Below are positions 59,472 through 64,000 of a DNA stretch of 64,000 bases, piece after piece (position 1 is the stretch's first letter; every line of letters starts with the position of its first letter). Under the pieces are notes generated by a model. That model did no database searches. It saw nothing but the letters and a program-made list of their open reading frames with translations, and had not been told where the DNA came from. The position numbers and the translations under genes are program-made. Source of the stretch: Clostridia bacterium (GTDB taxonomy: Bacteria > Bacillota > Clostridia > Christensenellales > Borkfalkiaceae); contig JAFVYV010000011.1 of assembly GCA_017508485.1 (NCBI GenBank), forward strand, positions 20,295-84,294, in the 5' to 3' direction.

Positions 59472-59519
59472 AAACTAAAATTAAAAGACTACCAAACGGT
59501 AGTCTTTTTTGTCTATTTT
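59472..59519. repeat. 48-bp perfect direct repeat, copy 1 (contains a bidirectional terminator hairpin)
   Basis: AAACTAAAATTAAAAGACTACCAAACGGTAGTCTTTTTTGTCTATTTT is identical to 60304-60351. The hairpin is GACTACC-AAAC-GGTAGTC. Confidence 0.95.
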
Positions 59520-59722
59520 AAGCCTAATATATCGTCGGCAGAGATATCTAAAATTTCACAAATATTGGCAAAAGTATCAAGTGATGGGTACTTGTCAAGT
59601 CGCATATATTTGCTTACAGTAGATGGGTTAATTCCCAACTTTTCAGCCAGTTCTTTTTGCGAAATTGTGCCGTATTGTATTGCTTCACGCAATCTTTTTT
59701 GAATATCTTCTATTTTTATCAT
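59513..59722 (-). CDS. Small XRE/Cro-CI-family HTH regulator (69 aa)
   Basis: MIKIEDIQKRLREAIQYGTISQKELAEKLGINPSTVSKYM is an HTH_3 motif. The longer track ORF (to 59983) adds a low-complexity tail across the divergent promoter and gene, so I rejected it. Confidence 0.75.
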   Translation of the reverse strand: MIKIEDIQKRLREAIQYGTISQKELAEKLGINPSTVSKYMRLDKYPSLDTFANICEILDISADDILGLK

Positions 59723-59734
59723 ATTATAATAATA

Positions 59735-59779
59735 GCACAATGTGCAACTTTTGCTTGACAAAAGGCACAATGTGCCTTT
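59735..59779. promoter_or_regulatory. Two palindromic operators sharing the core GCACA-A-TGTGC, 30 bp centre to centre
   Basis: Operator 1 is at 59735-59745. Operator 2 is at 59765-59775 and extends to a 19-bp perfect palindrome, AAAGGCACAATGTGCCTTT (59761-59779). Confidence 0.7.
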
Positions 59780-59784
59780 ATAAT
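59755..59784 (+). promoter_or_regulatory. Promoter of the zinc-ribbon membrane protein gene, with its spacer filled by operator 2
   Basis: TTGACA (59755-59760), 18-nt spacer, TATAAT (59779-59784). Confidence 0.6.
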
Positions 59785-59816
59785 ATATTTTATTAAAACG
59801 AACGGAGGAATATACA

Positions 59817-60296
59817 ATGTTTTGTAGAATTTGTGGTAATGAAGTAAATGAACAAGCAGTAGTATGCCCAAAATGTGGCTGTGCAATAGACGATGCTTTT
59901 GCTAAAAAGAAAGTAAAAGAAAAAAATGACGATGAAAGAAACAAAATTGAAGACGTCGATACTGAGTTTAAAGACACAAGCAAGGCATGTATTGCTTTTA
60001 ATTACGTGTCAGTAGGTTTAATATGCTTAACTTTAATGTTTGGTATTTTATCTATCGCTTATGGTTGGATAGATGCTCATTTTGTCAATGGGTATAGTTA
60101 TGCTTATTATTATCCATATTTCGGATTAGCGCTTACGGCATTTATATCGTCTTTAGTAATGTTAGGTTTTTCTATAACAAGTTTTGTTCTTGGTTTTAAG
60201 AATAAATCTAAAAGAAACATTAGTGACATATTGTTTATAGTTTCAATTTTCATATTTATATTTGTTATTATTGTTATGATAATATCACAATGGTAA
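59817..60296 (+). CDS. Zinc-ribbon (CxxC...CxxC) membrane protein, 159 aa
   Basis: GGAGG RBS. MFCRICGNEVNEQAVVCPKCG zinc ribbon, a K/E-rich linker and three TM helices. Confidence 0.75.
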   Translation: MFCRICGNEVNEQAVVCPKCGCAIDDAFAKKKVKEKNDDERNKIEDVDTEFKDTSKACIAFNYVSVGLICLTLMFGILSIAYGWIDAHFVNGYSYAYYYPYFGLALTAFISSLVMLGFSITSFVLGFKNKSKRNISDILFIVSIFIFIFVIIVMIISQW

Positions 60297-60303
60297 AACC
60301 AAC

Positions 60304-60351
60304 AAACTAAAATTAAAAGACTACCAAACGGTAGTCTTTTTTGTCTATTTT
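60304..60351. repeat. 48-bp perfect direct repeat, copy 2
   Basis: Identical to 59472-59519. It starts 8 nt after the zinc-ribbon gene stop and ends 1 nt before the stop of a convergent small ORF. Confidence 0.95.
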
Positions 60352-60495
60352 TTAGTTTGCGCCTCCAAAAAGTCCACAACCGTTTTGCGTAGTGGTTAGT
60401 AGTGCTAAAAGTAGTAGCAGTTGGGTGGTGTTTATAGAGCCACCGTTTAAGAGTAAAAACAAAAGAGCAATTAAAACTAAATTGTTGTTATTCAC
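60352..60495 (-). CDS. Unannotated 47-aa hydrophobic peptide
   Basis: The minus strand reads AAGGAGG, 7 nt, then GTG. It encodes MNNNNLVLIALLFLLLNGGSINTTQLLLLLALLTTTQNGCGLFGGAN and ends at the bidirectional terminator. It is below the track's size cut-off. Confidence 0.5.
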   Translation of the reverse strand: MNNNNLVLIALLFLLLNGGSINTTQLLLLLALLTTTQNGCGLFGGAN

Positions 60496-60615
60496 TTTTT
60501 TACCTCCTTAATTTACAAAAATAGACTTTATTATACAATATGCGTAAACGCTTAAAATATGCATAGATGAAGAAGCGTGATAAAATATATTTATAAAAAA
60601 TAAGGAGAGTTTTTT

Positions 60616-60948
60616 ATGGATATATTACTTGATAAGCGTATGCAAAGTATGGTAAAAGAGTACTCTTTAACGGAAGATATGATTAACGATTTAGTTTGCT
60701 TTTTTACAATTTTTAGCGACGGCACAAGGCTTAAAATTTTGTCTGCTTTAGCAATTTCAGAGATGTGTGTAAACGATATTTCTAAACTGCTTTTACTTAA
60801 CCAAACGACCGTTTCGCACCAACTTAGACTTCTTAAAAACCTTAACGCAGTAAAGTCAAAAAGACAAGGAAAGGTGGTGTTTTACTCACTAAAGGGGGAA
60901 ACGCTTAACGAAGTTATATTAAAAGGGGTGGAATTTTTAGGCTACTGA
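60616..60948 (+). CDS. ArsR/SmtB-family metalloregulator-type transcriptional repressor
   Basis: AAGGAGAG RBS. Winged-helix motif LKILSALAISEMCVNDISKLLLLNQTTVSHQLRLLKNLNAVKSKRQGKVVFYSL. Confidence 0.85.
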   Translation: MDILLDKRMQSMVKEYSLTEDMINDLVCFFTIFSDGTRLKILSALAISEMCVNDISKLLLLNQTTVSHQLRLLKNLNAVKSKRQGKVVFYSLKGETLNEVILKGVEFLGY

Positions 60949-60986
60949 CCTTGAAAAGTTTACAAAAAACGGTTATAATATATGTT

Positions 60987-62774
60987 ATGAACGTTTTAGA
61001 AGAAAAAATTAAACTTTTACCAACAAACCCCGGCGTGTATATTATGCTAGACGGGGACGGCAATATTATTTACGTTGGTAAGGCAAAAAACTTAAAAAAC
61101 AGGGTACGACAATACTTTTTTAACGGAGTTAAAACCAACAAGGTTTTGGCTATGACTAAAAATATTGCCGACTTTTACTATATAATCACAAAGACGGAAG
61201 TTGATGCACTTTCACTTGAAAATAACCTTATAAAAAAGCACCAACCAAAGTATAACATTTTACTTAAGGACGATAAGACCTATCCTTACTTAAAAATTAA
61301 CTTAAAAGAAGATTTTCCTACCCTTATTTTGACAAGAAAAATTAAAAAGGACGGGGCTAAATATTTTGGTCCGTTTATGAACGGCGTTTCCCCTAAAGAG
61401 ATAATTGAAATTATTAACCTTGCCTTTTCACTTCGCCCTTGTACAACTAACCTTAAAAGTGTAAAAAGGGAGTGTTTAAACTACCACTTAAAGAAGTGTG
61501 ATGCGCCTTGTATGGGTAAAATCTCTTCAAAAGAGTATAAAGAAAAGGTTAATAAGGCAGTTGATTTTCTTAACGGAAACGACAAGGAAATTGAAAGAAT
61601 TTTAACGGACAAAATGATGGCTTTTGCTGAAAAAGAAGAGTTTAATATTGCCCTAAAATATAAAGAAAAACTACAAAGTTTACAAAAAATTAAGGAAAAG
61701 AAGATTGCCGAACTTGGAAAGTTAATTGACCTTGATATCGTTTGTTTTTACACTAACAACATCTATTCTTCTGCTAATATTTTGGTGGTTAGAAAGGGTA
61801 GAATTTTAGGCTCAAATAACTTTAGTTTTAATAGCGTGGTTGATGAAGATGGTATTCGCCAATTCTTGACTAGTTATTACACTAAAAAGGAAGAAACGCC
61901 AAGCGAAATTGTGGTTAGTGAAAACCTTTTAGAAAGGGAAAGTTTGGAAGAATATTTTTATAAAATCTTTGACAAAAAGGTTAAAATTACCTATGCTCAA
62001 AAGGGGCTTAAAAAGAGCCTTGTTGATATGGGCATAACTAACGCAACGGACTATCTTGAAAGTATAAATACTAAAATAAAACATAAAGAAGATATGACGG
62101 TAATTGCTTGTCAAAAACTTAAAGAACTGTTAAAATTAAGTAAGTACCCGAAGCGTATGGAGTGCTACGATATTTCTAACATAAGTGGCGTTGACAAGGT
62201 TGGCTCTATGACCGTGTTTATTGACGGTGAAAAGAACACTTCCCTTTATCGTAGATTTAAGATAAAAACGGTGGAAGGGGCTAACGATTTTGAAAGTTTG
62301 AAAGAAGTTTTAAGAAGAAGGTTAAGTAGATTAGGTGAAGATGGTTTTTCTACCCCTGACCTAATTATAATTGACGGTGGTAAAGGTCAACTTTCTTCTG
62401 TAAAAGAAGTTTTTGATGAACTTAAAATTACTGGTATTGACTTAATCTCTTTAGCCGAAAGGGAAGAAGAAATTTTTACTCTTTTTGAAAAGGAAAGCAT
62501 AAAACTACCAAAAAGCGATTATTGTTTAAGGCTACTTCAAAGAATAAGAGATGAAGCACACCGTTTTGCCCTTACCTATCATCAAACCTTAAGAAATAAG
62601 CGTATGCTTTCTTCTAAACTTGACGATATCAAAGGCGTAGGCAAAAAGATAAAAGCCCTTTTACTTGAAAGGTTTAAGGACGTAGAAGGTATAAAAAAGG
62701 CAACCAAAGAAGAACTGATGGAAGTTTCAGGCGTAGGGGAAAAACTTGCCGAAACTTTGAAGGAGATATTTTAA
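60987..62774 (+). CDS. uvrC: Excinuclease ABC subunit C
   Basis: GIY-YIG domain (PGVYIMLDGDGNIIYVGKAKNLKNRVRQYF), UVR domain, an endonuclease V-like region and C-terminal HhH motifs. I prefer the ATG at 60987 over the TTG at 60951. Confidence 0.9.
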   Translation: MNVLEEKIKLLPTNPGVYIMLDGDGNIIYVGKAKNLKNRVRQYFFNGVKTNKVLAMTKNIADFYYIITKTEVDALSLENNLIKKHQPKYNILLKDDKTYPYLKINLKEDFPTLILTRKIKKDGAKYFGPFMNGVSPKEIIEIINLAFSLRPCTTNLKSVKRECLNYHLKKCDAPCMGKISSKEYKEKVNKAVDFLNGNDKEIERILTDKMMAFAEKEEFNIALKYKEKLQSLQKIKEKKIAELGKLIDLDIVCFYTNNIYSSANILVVRKGRILGSNNFSFNSVVDEDGIRQFLTSYYTKKEETPSEIVVSENLLERESLEEYFYKIFDKKVKITYAQKGLKKSLVDMGITNATDYLESINTKIKHKEDMTVIACQKLKELLKLSKYPKRMECYDISNISGVDKVGSMTVFIDGEKNTSLYRRFKIKTVEGANDFESLKEVLRRRLSRLGEDGFSTPDLIIIDGGKGQLSSVKEVFDELKITGIDLISLAEREEEIFTLFEKESIKLPKSDYCLRLLQRIRDEAHRFALTYHQTLRNKRMLSSKLDDIKGVGKKIKALLLERFKDVEGIKKATKEELMEVSGVGEKLAETLKEIF

Positions 62775-62777
62775 CCT

Positions 62778-63581
62778 ATGAAATTTAAATTTGTAATTTC
62801 CGATTTTGACGGTACGCTTGGCGTTTCCCCTGGAATTATTGCCGACTCTACCGTTGATGCTATAAAAGAATACCAAAAAAAGGGTGGTAAGTTCGTGCTT
62901 TGCACGGGCAGAATGTACGACTCTGCTATAAGAATTTGCCGTAATCACGGTTTAACTGGTGATTTCGTTTGCTATCAAGGGGCGATAATTGCCAATATAG
63001 AAACGGAAGAAATTTTGTTTTCAGGTGGGTTAACGGCTGAAGAATCTATTGAAATTGTTACCGATTTAACCAAAGAAGATAGAACGGTTTTAATTGATAT
63101 TGACAGCGAATTATACTTTAACAAAGTTAACGACTACACGACTGGTTATTGCACAAGGTCAAGCATTAAAGGGGAGTGCCACGAAGATTTAATTAAACTA
63201 ATTAAAGAAAAAAATGGTATCACTCAAAAAATTATGTGTATGAACGACGACGACCACCTATATAGACTGCTTAAAGAATTAAAAGATAAGTATAACGGCA
63301 AGTACGAAGTAAACTTAAGTGGAGGGCATCTTTTAGAAGTAATTAACCCTAAATGTGATAAGGGCCACGCTACCAAGTTTTTAGCAAAAAGGTATGGCAT
63401 TGACCTAAAAGACACTATGGCAGTTGGAGATAGTTTAAACGACAAAAACCTTCTAACTTGTGGTGTTTACGGTGTTTGCGTAGGCGACGGGTTTCCTGAA
63501 TTAAAGGAAGTTGCTGATGAAGTAACCCTTCCTTTTGATGAAAAACCTGTTGAGTATTTACTTAAAAAGTATTGTTTATAA
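62778..63581 (+). CDS. Cof-type HAD-IIB family hydrolase
   Basis: DFDGTL motif I, CTGR, and GDSLNDKNL motif IV. Confidence 0.85.
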   Translation: MKFKFVISDFDGTLGVSPGIIADSTVDAIKEYQKKGGKFVLCTGRMYDSAIRICRNHGLTGDFVCYQGAIIANIETEEILFSGGLTAEESIEIVTDLTKEDRTVLIDIDSELYFNKVNDYTTGYCTRSSIKGECHEDLIKLIKEKNGITQKIMCMNDDDHLYRLLKELKDKYNGKYEVNLSGGHLLEVINPKCDKGHATKFLAKRYGIDLKDTMAVGDSLNDKNLLTCGVYGVCVGDGFPELKEVADEVTLPFDEKPVEYLLKKYCL

Positions 63582-63591
63582 GGAAAAATTT

Positions 63592-64000
63592 ATGGAAGAA
63601 ATAATAACTAACGAAAAATTGATAGAAAAAGAAGTGGTAACCGTGCCTATGATTGCCCTTCGTGGAAAGGTGCTTTTTCCTAAGACCTTTCTTTCTTTTG
63701 ACGTAGGCAGGGCTATCTCCCTTAAAGCGATTGACAAGGCAACGGAAATTAAAAGCGATATTTTTATTGCCAGTCAAAAAAACGCATTTGTGGACGACCC
63801 TACTAAACAAGATATTTACGATATCGGCGTTGTTGCAAGAATTAAGCAAGTTACAAAGGCAAGTAACAACGTTGTTAAGGTGCAAGTTCAAGGCTTGTAT
63901 AGAGCAAAAATAGTTGAGTATATTAACGCAAACGATATGTTTTCCGTTATGGTTGAAAGGTGTGATTACACTACTTCTAACCAAATTGAAACGGAAGCAA
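63592..64000 (+). CDS. lon: Lon protease, N-terminal fragment (runs off the window end)
   Basis: The frame is open from the ATG at 63592 to the end of the window. MEEIITNEKLIEKEVVTVPMIALRGKVLFPKTFLSFDVGRAISLKAID is a typical Lon N-terminal substrate-binding domain. It is not in the track because no stop falls within the window. Confidence 0.8.
   Translation, partial: MEEIITNEKLIEKEVVTVPMIALRGKVLFPKTFLSFDVGRAISLKAIDKATEIKSDIFIASQKNAFVDDPTKQDIYDIGVVARIKQVTKASNNVVKVQVQGLYRAKIVEYINANDMFSVMVERCDYTTSNQIETEA

Larger units (their letters stand above)
59472..60351. mobile_element. Candidate inserted two-gene cassette (XRE repressor and zinc-ribbon membrane protein) bounded by the 48-bp direct repeats; no recombinase in the window
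   Basis: The direct repeats duplicate the terminator downstream of the M16 peptidase gene. The cassette interior is 784 bp. See findings. Confidence 0.45.

Noticed and set aside
59723-59983. N-terminal 87 residues of the 156-aa minus-strand track ORF 59513..59983.
   Set aside because: The extension is low-complexity (S/F/L-rich). It runs antisense across the promoter/operator region and the first 55 codons of the well-supported zinc-ribbon gene. The HTH domain starts at the internal Met at 59722.
63562-63984. 140-aa minus-strand ORF at the window end.
   Set aside because: It lies antisense to an open + frame that encodes a clear Lon N-terminal domain starting at 63592. Its composition is typical of a shadow ORF and it has no RBS.

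Overview
AT-rich, standard-code (TAA, TAG and TGA all act as stops) chromosomal segment of an endospore-forming Firmicute. It is most likely class Clostridia: it carries a gerA-type germinant receptor operon, a PdaB-like deacetylase and a SCIFF peptide/maturase pair. I count about 60 protein genes and saw no rRNA, tRNA, CRISPR array, transposase or integrase. From 19 kb onward almost all genes are on the + strand and form a conserved housekeeping backbone: infC-rpmI-rplT with an L20-type leader, yebC, ruvCAB-queA-tgt-yajC, rho, secDF-recJ-relA-MBL-hemZ, rpsO-pnp, a deacetylase and M16 peptidase, uvrC, and the lon 5' end. Accessory or unusual material is interspersed:
(1) 57-4049: a SipW-type signal peptidase with an extra cytoplasmic C-terminal domain, flanked by three exported proteins that carry SipW-class signal peptides. 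Two of them share a near-identical predicted mature N-terminus. This is my best candidate for an undescribed fibre/matrix system.
(2) An NhaC antiporter with a Cys-rich N-terminal module.
(3) An 848-aa secreted protein with repeated 4-Cys modules plus a DUF4185-like C-terminus.
(4) A PuuR-like XRE-cupin regulator with an atypical potABCD operon.
(5) A SCIFF ranthipeptide precursor that is missing from the ORF track, with its radical SAM/SPASM maturase.
(6) An 832-bp two-gene cassette (XRE repressor and zinc-ribbon membrane protein) bounded by 48-bp perfect direct repeats that duplicate a terminator.
All family assignments come from motif recognition by eye. No database search was possible.
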